Shown piece after piece: positions 17,379 to 25,996 of a DNA stretch of 35,480 bases. Position 1 is the stretch's first letter. Each line of letters begins with the position of its first letter. Below the pieces are notes generated by a model. It did no database searches. It saw only the letters and a program-made list of their open reading frames with translations, and was not told the origin of the DNA. Source of the DNA: Cyanobium sp. (lineage in GTDB: Bacteria > Cyanobacteriota > Cyanobacteriia > PCC-6307 > Cyanobiaceae); NCBI GenBank assembly GCA_044348065.1, contig JBIKTO010000001.1:1-35480 (forward strand), read 5' to 3'. Both the position numbers and the translations under genes were made by a program.

Positions 17379-19453
17379 AGCTGAGCGTCGCCATCGCCAC
17401 CTTCGGCCGGGAGCAGGTGCTCCTCGACACGGTGCGGGGCCTGCTGGCCCTGGAGAAGGCTCCCGGCAGCAACGACGACTGGGAGCTGCTGATCGTCGAC
17501 CAGACCGTTGACCATGAGCGCGCCACCGAGCGACAGCTGGAGGCCTGGCAGCGAGGGGGCCAGCTCCGCTGGCTGCGTCAGTTTCCAGCCTCCACGACGG
17601 CGGCCATGAACCGTCTGCTGCTCGAGGCGCGGGGAGAGCGGGTTCTGTTCGTCGATGACGACATCATTCCCGACCCCGACCTGCTGACGGCCCACCTGGC
17701 GGCGGGGATCCGCCATCCCGGAGCACTGATCGCCGGCCGGGTTCTCCAGCCCTGGCATCACGGCGAGCCGGATCCGCCGGGGGCCCCCTTCTCGTTCAAC
17801 AGCCTGCAGGCCTGCGCGGCCGACGAGTTCATCGGCTGCAACTTCAGCCTGCCCCGCAGGCAGGCCCTGGAGCTCGGGGGCTTCGATCGCAATTTCGTGC
17901 GCGTTGCCTATCGCTTTGAGGCGGAATTCGCTCACCGGTGGCGGCAGGCGGGCCAGGCCATCGCCTATGAGCCCACCGCCCTGATCCACCATCTCAAGGC
18001 CGAGCGCGGAGGCACCCGCAGCTTCGGCCAGCACCTCACGACGATTCGCCCCGACCACAGCGTCGGTCGCTACTACTTCCTGCTGCGCACCCAGCCCCTG
18101 CCCGCCGCCCTGGCGCGCAGCGCCCAACAGCTGCTGGGCTCGATCCGCAGCCGCCACCATCTGCGCCGACCCTGGTGGATCCCCCTCACCCTCACCGCCG
18201 AACTGCGCGGCCTGTTCTGGGCCCTGCGCCTGCATCAACAGGGGCCGAAGCTGATGCCCCCGGGTCGTCCGCGGCTGCTGATCGCCACCACCCACCCGAT
18301 CCAGTACCAGGTCCCGCTGTTCCGGGCCCTGGCGTGCTGCCCGGATCTCGACCTGGAGGTGTTGTTCCTCACCCTGCCGGATGCGACCCAGCAGGGGGAG
18401 GGATTCGGGGTGGCCTTCGACTGGGATGTGCCCCTGCTGGACGGGTACCGCTGGCGCCGGGCGGCCTCCAGCCGCGGGGCCGGGCTGGGCCAGGGCTTCC
18501 GGGGGCTCCGCCTGCGCCACCCGGGGCGCGAGCTGCTCGGGGGCGACCGACCGCCCGACGCGGTGCTGATCACCGGCTGGCAGGTGGAAGGCCTGCTGCA
18601 GCTGTTTCTGGCCGCCTGGCGGCTCCACCTGCCCATCCTGCTGCGGGGGGATTCCGGCGATCTGCCCCGCCGTCGCTGGCCGGTGCGCCTGCTGCATCGC
18701 TTCCTGGTCAGCCAAACGGCCGCCTGCCTGCCCGTCGGAGCGGCCAACACCCGCTTCTACCAAGCCAACGGCAGCCAGGAGCATCGACGCTTCGCCTGCC
18801 CGCACTTCGTGGACAACGCCTTTTTCATCAACCAAGCCGCTGCGCTGCGGCCCCGCCGGCAGGAGCTGCGAGCCCGCTGGGGCATCCCGGCCGAGGCCTT
18901 CTGTTTCCTGTTCGCCGGCAAGCTGCAGGCCAAGAAGCATCCGCTGGATCTGCTGGCGGCCCTGCGCCGGCTGGTCGCCGATCCCACGGCGCCAGCCTTG
19001 CATCTGCTGGTGGTGGGCAGCGGCGAGTTGGAAGCGGATTGCCGCCGGATGGCCGAGCGCTGGAGCCTGCCAGTGAGTTTCAGCGGCTTTCTCAACCAGG
19101 GCGAGATGGCCGCGGCCTACGGGGCCGGCGACGCCCTGGTGCTTCCCTCCGACCGCGGCGAAACCTGGGGACTGGTGGTGAATGAGGCCATGGCCTGCGG
19201 CCTGCCGGCGGTCGTCAGCGACCAGGTGGGCTGCGCGGAGGATCTGGTCATCCCCGGCCACAGCGGCGCGGTGTTCCCCTGCCGGGATGTGGAGGCCCTG
19301 GCCGGGGCTCTGCGGGCGATGGCGGCCGATCCGGCCGCCGCGGCGCGGATGGGGGCAGCCGCCAAGGCGCTCGTGCTGGAGCGCTTCGGGGTGGACCAGG
19401 CGCGGGATGGGGTGCTGCAGGCGCTGCGCCAGACCATGGTGCTGCCGGAATGA
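17375..19453 (+). CDS. Bifunctional glycosyltransferase: N-terminal GT2 fused to C-terminal GT4
   Basis: GTGA start. GT2: LSVAIATFGR, LIVDQ, LFVDDD, GCNFS..GGFD. From about 18254, GT4: THPIQY, LFAGKLQAKK, VVGSGEL, LPSDRGETWGLVVNEAMACGLP. Confidence 0.9.
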   Translation: MKLSVAIATFGREQVLLDTVRGLLALEKAPGSNDDWELLIVDQTVDHERATERQLEAWQRGGQLRWLRQFPASTTAAMNRLLLEARGERVLFVDDDIIPDPDLLTAHLAAGIRHPGALIAGRVLQPWHHGEPDPPGAPFSFNSLQACAADEFIGCNFSLPRRQALELGGFDRNFVRVAYRFEAEFAHRWRQAGQAIAYEPTALIHHLKAERGGTRSFGQHLTTIRPDHSVGRYYFLLRTQPLPAALARSAQQLLGSIRSRHHLRRPWWIPLTLTAELRGLFWALRLHQQGPKLMPPGRPRLLIATTHPIQYQVPLFRALACCPDLDLEVLFLTLPDATQQGEGFGVAFDWDVPLLDGYRWRRAASSRGAGLGQGFRGLRLRHPGRELLGGDRPPDAVLITGWQVEGLLQLFLAAWRLHLPILLRGDSGDLPRRRWPVRLLHRFLVSQTAACLPVGAANTRFYQANGSQEHRRFACPHFVDNAFFINQAAALRPRRQELRARWGIPAEAFCFLFAGKLQAKKHPLDLLAALRRLVADPTAPALHLLVVGSGELEADCRRMAERWSLPVSFSGFLNQGEMAAAYGAGDALVLPSDRGETWGLVVNEAMACGLPAVVSDQVGCAEDLVIPGHSGAVFPCRDVEALAGALRAMAADPAAAARMGAAAKALVLERFGVDQARDGVLQALRQTMVLPE

Positions 19454-20664
19454 GCCGACGTCGCCGCGCCTTGATCAGCACCCTGCGCCCCCACCTGGGG
19501 GGTGTGGCCTCCAAAACGATCTGGCTGTGCGAACAGCTCGAGGGCTGGGGCATCGATCCGGTGCTGGCCTGGTATGAACCCTGGAGCCTGTCTCCGGAAC
19601 TCTCCGTGCCCGCGGGCCAGTGGCTTCGGGGCCGGCGGCCGGGTCAGCGGCGGTTGGAGGGCGCCTACGGCCGCTGGGAGGGCCATGCCCTCGGCGCCTG
19701 GCTGCCGGAGCTGGAATTCACCCACTACCGGTCGAGCCCCGCCTGGCGCGCCCTGATCGCCGACTGCGACTTCCACCTGGCCGTGAGCGGCAATCCCCTC
19801 TGCGCCGCCCCCTACGCCAGCCTCAAGCTGCCCTTCCTGCTCTGGCTCGGCACCCCCTGGCAGGAGGATCGGGCCGATCGGGTGCGGTCCTTCCCGTTGA
19901 AGCGCCGAGTGCTGGATCGCCTGGTCAACGCCCCCCGGCTGAAGCGGCTGGAACGCCAGATCCTGCGGGCACCGGGTGGTCGCATCCTCTGCATCAGTCA
20001 TTACACCGCCCGAGCCCTGGAGAGAATCGCCGGCCGCGCCATGGACGGGGTGCTGATCCGTCCGGTCGATGGCGGCCCCTTCCAGCCGAAGGCAGCGCGG
20101 CTGCGGCCCTGGACGATCGGGTTCAGCGGACGCTACAGCGACCCGCGCAAGCGCATCTCCCTGCTGCTGGAGGCGGTGGCCCTGCTGCGCGATCAGGGAC
20201 AGCCGGTGCGTCTGGAGCTCACCGGGGAGGGCGAAGCCCCTTTCCTCGACCCGCTGATCAAGGCTCTGGCGCTGGAGGATCGGGTGCTGCGCCACCCACG
20301 CCTGGAGACCGACAACCTGGCGGAGGTGATCCAGGGCTGGGACCTGTTTGTGATTCCCTCCCATCAGGAGGGGCTCTGCATCGCGGCGCTGGAAGCCATG
20401 GCCTGCGGCTGCCCGGTGGTCAGCACCCGCTGCGGCGGACCGGAGGAGTTCGTGCTGGCGGAGCAAACCGGCCTGTTCAGCGCCGCGAGCCCTGAGGCCA
20501 TGGCCGCGGCGATCGCGGCGGTCTGCGGCGATCGGCAACGGCGGCAGCGGCTGGGTGCCGGGGCCCGTGACTGGATCGAAGCCCACGCGGCCAACCGGGT
20601 GGCCCGTGCGACGATCAGGCAATCGTGGCGTCAGCTTTACCCTGGAGCCCCCCTGCCGGACTGA
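19450..20664 (+). CDS. Glycosyltransferase family 4
   Basis: FSGRYSDPRK, IPSHQEGLCIAALEAMACGCPVVSTRCGG (EX7E motif); ATGA overlap. Confidence 0.92.
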   Translation: MSRRRRALISTLRPHLGGVASKTIWLCEQLEGWGIDPVLAWYEPWSLSPELSVPAGQWLRGRRPGQRRLEGAYGRWEGHALGAWLPELEFTHYRSSPAWRALIADCDFHLAVSGNPLCAAPYASLKLPFLLWLGTPWQEDRADRVRSFPLKRRVLDRLVNAPRLKRLERQILRAPGGRILCISHYTARALERIAGRAMDGVLIRPVDGGPFQPKAARLRPWTIGFSGRYSDPRKRISLLLEAVALLRDQGQPVRLELTGEGEAPFLDPLIKALALEDRVLRHPRLETDNLAEVIQGWDLFVIPSHQEGLCIAALEAMACGCPVVSTRCGGPEEFVLAEQTGLFSAASPEAMAAAIAAVCGDRQRRQRLGAGARDWIEAHAANRVARATIRQSWRQLYPGAPLPD

Positions 20665-20667
20665 GCG

Positions 20668-22125
20668 ATGAACGTCCTGTTGTTGGTGGTGCTGTTCATT
20701 CCCCTGTTGATTTACCTGGGGGACGGCAAATGGCGAGAAGCGGTGGTGTATTGCGTGGTCATCGGCTTCGCCCAGGATCCACTGCGCAAGATCGCCCCCA
20801 ATCAACCGGCTTTGTATGTGGGGCTTGTGCTGATCGGCATCTTGCTCACCGCCGTAATTCTCTATAACCGCATTGGCCAGATCAACCTACCTCAGCTTTT
20901 CAGCGGCCAACAACAGCTGATCTCAGTGGTCAACCTGTTTGTCGCCCTGCTGATCCTGCAGACCCTCAACTCACTGCTGACCCTGAGCTCCTGGTATCAC
21001 ACCCTGATCGGGATTGGCTTCTACTCAGCGCCACTGATCACCATGTGGCTCGGCTTTCAATTTGGGCTCAAGCCCGCCGAAGTCCAACGGTTCTTCCAGG
21101 TTTATATCGTCCTCGCCTTGCTCTTTGCCTTCACCCTGTTTCTGTCCTATCAGGGATACCAGGGGACCCTCTTCGAAGAGGTCACCGGGGGCGTGCAGAT
21201 CCTGGTGGAAGGTGTTGGCTACGTGCAGGGGTACACGGGTTTCTGGCGCAGCAGTGAAGTGGCCGGCTGGCATCTGGCCACCTGTGCCTGCTTCATCTTC
21301 ATCCTGGCGGTCCAGCGCCGCAAGCCCTTGCCGATCGCCATTGGCTCGGCGCTGGTGATCACCCTGATGGTGATCGCCAGCTTGACGGGGCGGCGCAAGG
21401 CGGTGGCCATGATTGCAGCTTTTCTGGCCTCGTTCAGCCTGCTGATCGCCTGGAGAGGTGATTCCAAAGTGCGCGGCAGCGTGGTTGCCGGTGTTTTCGG
21501 GGGGGTGGCCTTCCTTTACCTTCTGGTGTCGCTGGGCGTCAATCCTGTCAGTGGCGGCACCTCAGGAGCCTTTCTTGATCGCGCCCTGACTGTCTGGGGC
21601 GATCTCTACACGCGGCTGGTCACGTTTGGCGGCGCCACGGCCAACATCGCCCTGCAGGCCTCCGGTGTGATTGGCTCGGGGGTGGGAGCGGTCGCGCAGG
21701 GAGCCGCCAGTCTGGGCCAGGGGGCCCAGGGCAATTTCGGGGCCGGCGAAGGGGGGCTGGCCAAGATCATCTTTGAGCTGGGCGCCGCCGGCTTCCTGCT
21801 GATGCTCGTGACGATCGGCCTGCTCATCCAACTCTTCATCCGCATCGTCGGACAGCTGCGCTACGCGCCACCCTCCTATGGCCTGCTGAACCTGGGCCTG
21901 CTCGCCTTCCTGGCGGCCAATGTGCTGAACTTCGCCTCAGCCAGCCAGGTGTACGGCGACCCCTTTGTCTTGATCATCCTCGGGCTCAGTGCCGGTTTCA
22001 TCCTGGCCGCTCCCCCCGTGATTCAGGCCCACCTGCGGGAGCAGCGCCAGCTGGCGGAGCATCTCCCGGCAGTCAGCGCATCCGCCCTCCCGGCCCCGGA
22101 GCCCTCCGGCGTCTCCCGATCCTGA
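20668..22125 (+). CDS. Polytopic membrane protein, probable Wzy polymerase / O-antigen ligase-like
   Basis: About 11-12 hydrophobic segments, a SLTGRRK motif, a Gly-rich loop (GSGVGAVAQG) and KIIFELGAAG, an arrangement typical of Wzy_C proteins; lies among the GT genes. Confidence 0.7.
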   Translation: MNVLLLVVLFIPLLIYLGDGKWREAVVYCVVIGFAQDPLRKIAPNQPALYVGLVLIGILLTAVILYNRIGQINLPQLFSGQQQLISVVNLFVALLILQTLNSLLTLSSWYHTLIGIGFYSAPLITMWLGFQFGLKPAEVQRFFQVYIVLALLFAFTLFLSYQGYQGTLFEEVTGGVQILVEGVGYVQGYTGFWRSSEVAGWHLATCACFIFILAVQRRKPLPIAIGSALVITLMVIASLTGRRKAVAMIAAFLASFSLLIAWRGDSKVRGSVVAGVFGGVAFLYLLVSLGVNPVSGGTSGAFLDRALTVWGDLYTRLVTFGGATANIALQASGVIGSGVGAVAQGAASLGQGAQGNFGAGEGGLAKIIFELGAAGFLLMLVTIGLLIQLFIRIVGQLRYAPPSYGLLNLGLLAFLAANVLNFASASQVYGDPFVLIILGLSAGFILAAPPVIQAHLREQRQLAEHLPAVSASALPAPEPSGVSRS

Positions 22126-23309
22126 AGGTTCTCCATCTCATCCCGTCGATCGGCCCCAGCCGCGGAGGCCCCAGCGAGGCCGCCCTGGCCATGGTGGCGG
22201 CGCAACGGGCCGCTGGCCTGAGAGCCGCCCTGGTGGCCAGCAACGACGATGGGCCGACGCTGATGCAGGAGCCCACCGGCCGCTGGATCGAGCACCGGGG
22301 CATCCCCGTTCAGCTCTTCCCCCGCTGGAGCCCACCGTTGCGACCGCTGCGGGAATTCGCCTATGCCCCAGCCCTGGCCCGCTGGCTGAAGCGGCATCTG
22401 CACGAATGGGATCTGCTCCATGTCCATTCCCTCTTCTCCTGGCCGGCCAGCCGGGGCATGGCGATCGCCCGGGCCAGGGGCACCCCCTACCTGATCCACT
22501 GCCTGGGCCACCTGCAGCCCTGGAGCCTGAGCCAGAGCGCCTGGCGCAAGCGGCTTTACCTCGCCCTGATCGAGCGGCGCAACCTCGATGGCGCCGCCGC
22601 CCTGCAGGCCACATCGCCGATGGAGGCCGCCGACTTCGCGCGCCTGAGGCTGCATCCTCCCGTGCTGGACCTGCCCCTCGGGGTCAGCCTGCCGACGCTC
22701 AGGGAGGACGCCAGGGCGAGATTGGCTCAAGCGCTTCCCGCACTCGAGGCCGGCGTGCCGCGCCTGCTCTTTCTCTCCCGCCTCCACCCGAAGAAAGGTC
22801 TCGAACGGCTGCTGGAGGCCCTCGCCCTGCTGCAGCGGAACCAGCCCCAGAGGCCCTGGCAACTGCTGATCGCCGGCAGCGGCGAACCGGCCTATGAGCA
22901 GGAGTTGCGAGGGCTGGCGGAGCGCCTGGCCATCGCCCACCGCTGCCACTGGCTGGGCTTTGTCAGCGGCGAACGCAAGGATCTGCTGCTGCAGGGCTGC
23001 GACTGGTTCGTGCTTCCCTCGTCCGCCGAGAACTTCGGCATCGCCGTCGCCGAAGCCCTGGCGGCTGCCACCCCCGTGCTCCTCTCCCCCGCCGTGGGGC
23101 TGGCGGCGGCGGTGGCCGAAGCCGGGGCCGGCTTGCTGAGCTCCGTCGATCCTCCCCAGCTGGCGGAGAGCCTGAGCACGGCCCTGGAGCGGCCGCGCGC
23201 TCCCCTGGCCCAGGCGGCGCGCCGGCTGGCGGAGGAGCGCTACGGCTGGCCCGGCCTCGCCGGGCGCATGATCGCGGGGTATGAGCAGATCCTGCACGCC
23301 CATGGCTGA
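22122..23309 (+). CDS. Glycosyltransferase family 4; probable CTG start at 22122 (first ATG at 22191)
   Basis: Frame reads (L)KVLHLIPSIGPSRGGPS from CTG 22122; HVHSLFS, FLSRLHPKKGL, LPSSAENFGIAVAEALA. Confidence 0.9.
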   Translation: MKVLHLIPSIGPSRGGPSEAALAMVAAQRAAGLRAALVASNDDGPTLMQEPTGRWIEHRGIPVQLFPRWSPPLRPLREFAYAPALARWLKRHLHEWDLLHVHSLFSWPASRGMAIARARGTPYLIHCLGHLQPWSLSQSAWRKRLYLALIERRNLDGAAALQATSPMEAADFARLRLHPPVLDLPLGVSLPTLREDARARLAQALPALEAGVPRLLFLSRLHPKKGLERLLEALALLQRNQPQRPWQLLIAGSGEPAYEQELRGLAERLAIAHRCHWLGFVSGERKDLLLQGCDWFVLPSSAENFGIAVAEALAAATPVLLSPAVGLAAAVAEAGAGLLSSVDPPQLAESLSTALERPRAPLAQAARRLAEERYGWPGLAGRMIAGYEQILHAHG

Positions 23310-23313
23310 GGGG
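23300..23313 (+). repeat. 14-bp direct repeat, copy 1 (CCATGGCTGAGGGG)
   Basis: Identical to 25983-25996; both copies span an ATGGCTGA start/stop overlap. Confidence 0.8.
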
Positions 23314-24120
23314 AGCCCCGCGATTCCCGAGGCGGTCGGCCGGGCGATCACGCCCCTGGTGATCTGTTGCGACGAGATCGCCAACATCGAGCGAACCCTG
23401 GCGGCCCTGCTCTGGGCGGAGCGGGTGGTGGTGATCGACAGCGGCAGCCGGGACGGGACCCTGGAGGCGATCGCCCGGATCTGTCCCCAGGCAGAGGTGC
23501 TGCACCGTCCCTTCGACTCGTTCGCGCGCCAGTGCAACTTCGGCCTGGCCCAGATCCGCAGCGCCTGGGTGCTCAGCCTGGATGCCGATTACGTTCTCAG
23601 CCGGTCCTTCCTGGTGGCGCTGGCCGGTTTCGACCCGCAGGCCCCCCAGGCCGGCTGGCGGGTGCCCCTGCGCTACTGCATCGCCGGCCGCCCCATCCGG
23701 GGCAGCATGCTGCCGCCACGGGTGTGTCTCTACCGGCCGGAACGGGCCGAGTATCACGACGATGGCCATGGCCATCGGGTGTGCGTGGCGGGGCCCCTGG
23801 GTCTCTTCCCCGCGCCGATCCTGCATGACGACCGCAAACCGCTCGATCGCTGGCTGGCCTCCCAGCAGCGTTATCTGCGCCAGGAGCTGGACAAACTGCG
23901 CAACACGCCCCTGCAAAACCTGGGCCGTTTCGACCGTTGGCGACGGCGGCGATGGTTGATGCCCCTGCTGGTGCTCCCCTACTGCCTGGTGCTGCGCGGC
24001 GGCCTCCTCGACGGCTGGCGCGGTTGGTATTACGCCTTCCAGCGCCTCTACGCGGAGCTGCTGCTCAGCCTCTTGCTGCTGGAACCCAGTGGCGACGCCA
24101 GCGAGGCTGGCGGGGACTGA
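23302..24120 (+). CDS. Glycosyltransferase family 2 (WaaE/LgtF beta-1,4-glucosyltransferase-like)
   Basis: ATG at 23302 (8-nt overlap); VVIDSGSRDGT, FDSFARQCNFGL, WVLSLDADY, FLDG-like LLDGWRGWYYA. Confidence 0.9.
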   Translation: MAEGSPAIPEAVGRAITPLVICCDEIANIERTLAALLWAERVVVIDSGSRDGTLEAIARICPQAEVLHRPFDSFARQCNFGLAQIRSAWVLSLDADYVLSRSFLVALAGFDPQAPQAGWRVPLRYCIAGRPIRGSMLPPRVCLYRPERAEYHDDGHGHRVCVAGPLGLFPAPILHDDRKPLDRWLASQQRYLRQELDKLRNTPLQNLGRFDRWRRRRWLMPLLVLPYCLVLRGGLLDGWRGWYYAFQRLYAELLLSLLLLEPSGDASEAGGD

Positions 24121-24154
24121 GGAGCGCCGGCGCCCCGCCGGGTGCCGCTCTGGC

Positions 24155-24182
24155 CGCTGCGGCCGCCATGGCGGCCGCAGCG
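24155..24182. repeat. Perfect 28-bp palindrome / potential hairpin
   Basis: CGCTGCGGCCGCCATGGCGGCCGCAGCG is its own reverse complement; lies in the 120-bp gap before the carbamoyltransferase. Confidence 0.9.
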
Positions 24183-24240
24183 CTGCTTTCCTGAATCGCA
24201 ATTTCCGATACCGCTGCTCCCGCCGCCCCTCCCTCGCTCC

Positions 24241-25992
24241 ATGACCCTGATCCTCGGCATCAACGCCTTCCATGCCGACGCCGCGGCGGCGCTGATCCGC
24301 GACGGCCAGATTGTGGCGGCAGCGGAGGAGGAGCGCTTTCGCCGCCTCAAGCACTGGGCCGGATTCCCCAGCCAGGCCATCGCCTGGTGCCTGGCCGATG
24401 CGGGCGTCAGCCTGAGCGACGTTGACCATGTGGCCATCAACAGCCAGCCGGGAGCCCACCGGCTGCGCAAGATCGCCTACACCCTGCGCAATCGTCCGGA
24501 TCCCCGCTTCCTCCTGCAGCGCTGGCGCAACAAACGGGAGCGGGCCGATCTGGCCTCCCAGCTGGCCGGCGGCTTCCCGGGCCAGGAGATCCGTGCCGAG
24601 CTTCACTTCGTCGAGCACCACCGGGCCCATCTGGCCTCCGCCTTCTACGCCTCTCCCTTCCCGCGAGCCGCGGTGGTCTCGGTGGATGGATTCGGTGACT
24701 TCGCCAGCGGCGCCTGGGGTTTCGGTGAGGGGACCCGGCTCGATCTGAACGGCCAGATCTGGTTCCCCCATTCTCTGGGGGCCTTCTACACGGCGATCAC
24801 CCAGTACCTGGGCTTCCCCCATTACGGCGACGAATACAAGGTGATGGGGTTAGCCCCCTACGGCACCCCCAGCCAGCTGGACGCGATGCGCCAGATCGTC
24901 CGGCTCCAGCCCGACGGGACCTTCGCGCTGGATCTGCGCTATTTCCGCCATGCCACCGAACGCCTGCCCCACCAGTGGAGCCATGGGGAGCCGGTGGTGG
25001 GGCAGCACTGGGCCCCTGCCCTGGAGGATCTGCTGGGGCCGGCTCGACGCTCCGAGGAGCCCCTGGAGCAGCGGCACAGGGACATCGCCCGTTCGGCCCA
25101 GGCGATGTACGAGGAGGCCTTCTTCCATCTGCTGCGGGCCCTGCACGCCGCCCAGCCCGTCGATCAGCTGTGCATCGCCGGGGGCTGCGGCGCCAATTCC
25201 GTGGCCAACGGCAAGGTGACCCTCGCCACGCCCTTCCGGGAGGTGTTTGTGCAGGCGGCGGCGGGTGATGCCGGCGGAGCCCTGGGGGCGGCCCTGGAGG
25301 TGTGGCACCGGCTCGGCGGCAGCCGCTGCGCGCCGATGGCCAACGCCTACCTGGGCACGGGGGCCAGGGAGGGCGAGGTGGCCAGCCTGCTGGCCGATCC
25401 CGCCACCCGCTCAGCCCTGGAGGAGGCGCACTGCAGCCTGGAGCGCCTGCCGGAGGAGGTGCTCTGCGAGCAGGTGGCGGAGGCGATCAGCCAGGGACTG
25501 GTGATCGGCTGGTTCGAGGGAAGGATGGAATGGGGCCCGCGGGCCCTCGGCCACCGCTCGATCCTCGGCGATCCTCGCCGGGCCGACATGAAGGACATCC
25601 TCAACCTCAAGATCAAACGACGCGAGTCGTTTCGGCCCTTCGCCCCCTCGGTGCTGCGGGAGGCCGTGCCCGAGTGGTTTGAACTGGACGGGGAGGTGCC
25701 CTTCATGATGCAGGTGTACCCGATCCGCCCCGAGAAGAGGCCCCTGATCCCCGCCGTCACCCACGTGGATGGCAGCGGCCGCCTTCAGACCGTCAGCGAG
25801 GCGGCCAACGGTCGCTACTACCGCCTGATCCGGGCCTTCGCCGCACGCACAGGGGTGCCGATGGTGCTGAACACCTCCTTCAATGAGAACGAGCCGATCG
25901 TCTGCAACCCCAGCCAGGCGCTGGATTGCTTCCTGCGCACCCGCATGGATCTGCTGGTGTTGGAGGACACCGTGATCCGTCGCCATGGCTGA
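24241..25992 (+). CDS. Carbamoyltransferase, NodU/CmcH/TobZ family
   Basis: ATG at 24241: ILGINAFHADAAAAL, EEERFRRLKH, EHHRAHLASAF, SVDGFGD, EYKVMGLAPYG, GDAGGALGAA, EWGPRALGHRSIL, KRRESFRPFAP, HVDGSGRLQTV, LNTSFNENEPIV. Confidence 0.96.
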   Translation: MTLILGINAFHADAAAALIRDGQIVAAAEEERFRRLKHWAGFPSQAIAWCLADAGVSLSDVDHVAINSQPGAHRLRKIAYTLRNRPDPRFLLQRWRNKRERADLASQLAGGFPGQEIRAELHFVEHHRAHLASAFYASPFPRAAVVSVDGFGDFASGAWGFGEGTRLDLNGQIWFPHSLGAFYTAITQYLGFPHYGDEYKVMGLAPYGTPSQLDAMRQIVRLQPDGTFALDLRYFRHATERLPHQWSHGEPVVGQHWAPALEDLLGPARRSEEPLEQRHRDIARSAQAMYEEAFFHLLRALHAAQPVDQLCIAGGCGANSVANGKVTLATPFREVFVQAAAGDAGGALGAALEVWHRLGGSRCAPMANAYLGTGAREGEVASLLADPATRSALEEAHCSLERLPEEVLCEQVAEAISQGLVIGWFEGRMEWGPRALGHRSILGDPRRADMKDILNLKIKRRESFRPFAPSVLREAVPEWFELDGEVPFMMQVYPIRPEKRPLIPAVTHVDGSGRLQTVSEAANGRYYRLIRAFAARTGVPMVLNTSFNENEPIVCNPSQALDCFLRTRMDLLVLEDTVIRRHG

Positions 25993-25996
25993 GGGG
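25983..25996 (+). repeat. 14-bp direct repeat, copy 2 (CCATGGCTGAGGGG)
   Basis: Identical to 23300-23313. Confidence 0.8.

Noticed and set aside
22085-22125. PAPEPS at the C-terminus of the Wzy-like protein as a PEP-CTERM signal
   Set aside because: No following transmembrane helix or basic tail; the protein ends a few residues later.
24155-24182. NotI-NcoI-NotI arrangement as a cloning linker
   Set aside because: No vector or marker sequence nearby, and such sites arise readily in a GC-rich palindrome; kept as a natural hairpin candidate.
17237-24822. Long minus-strand ORFs (674, 562, 504, 619 aa)
   Set aside because: Antisense to well-supported GT genes; expected from stop-codon scarcity in high-GC DNA.
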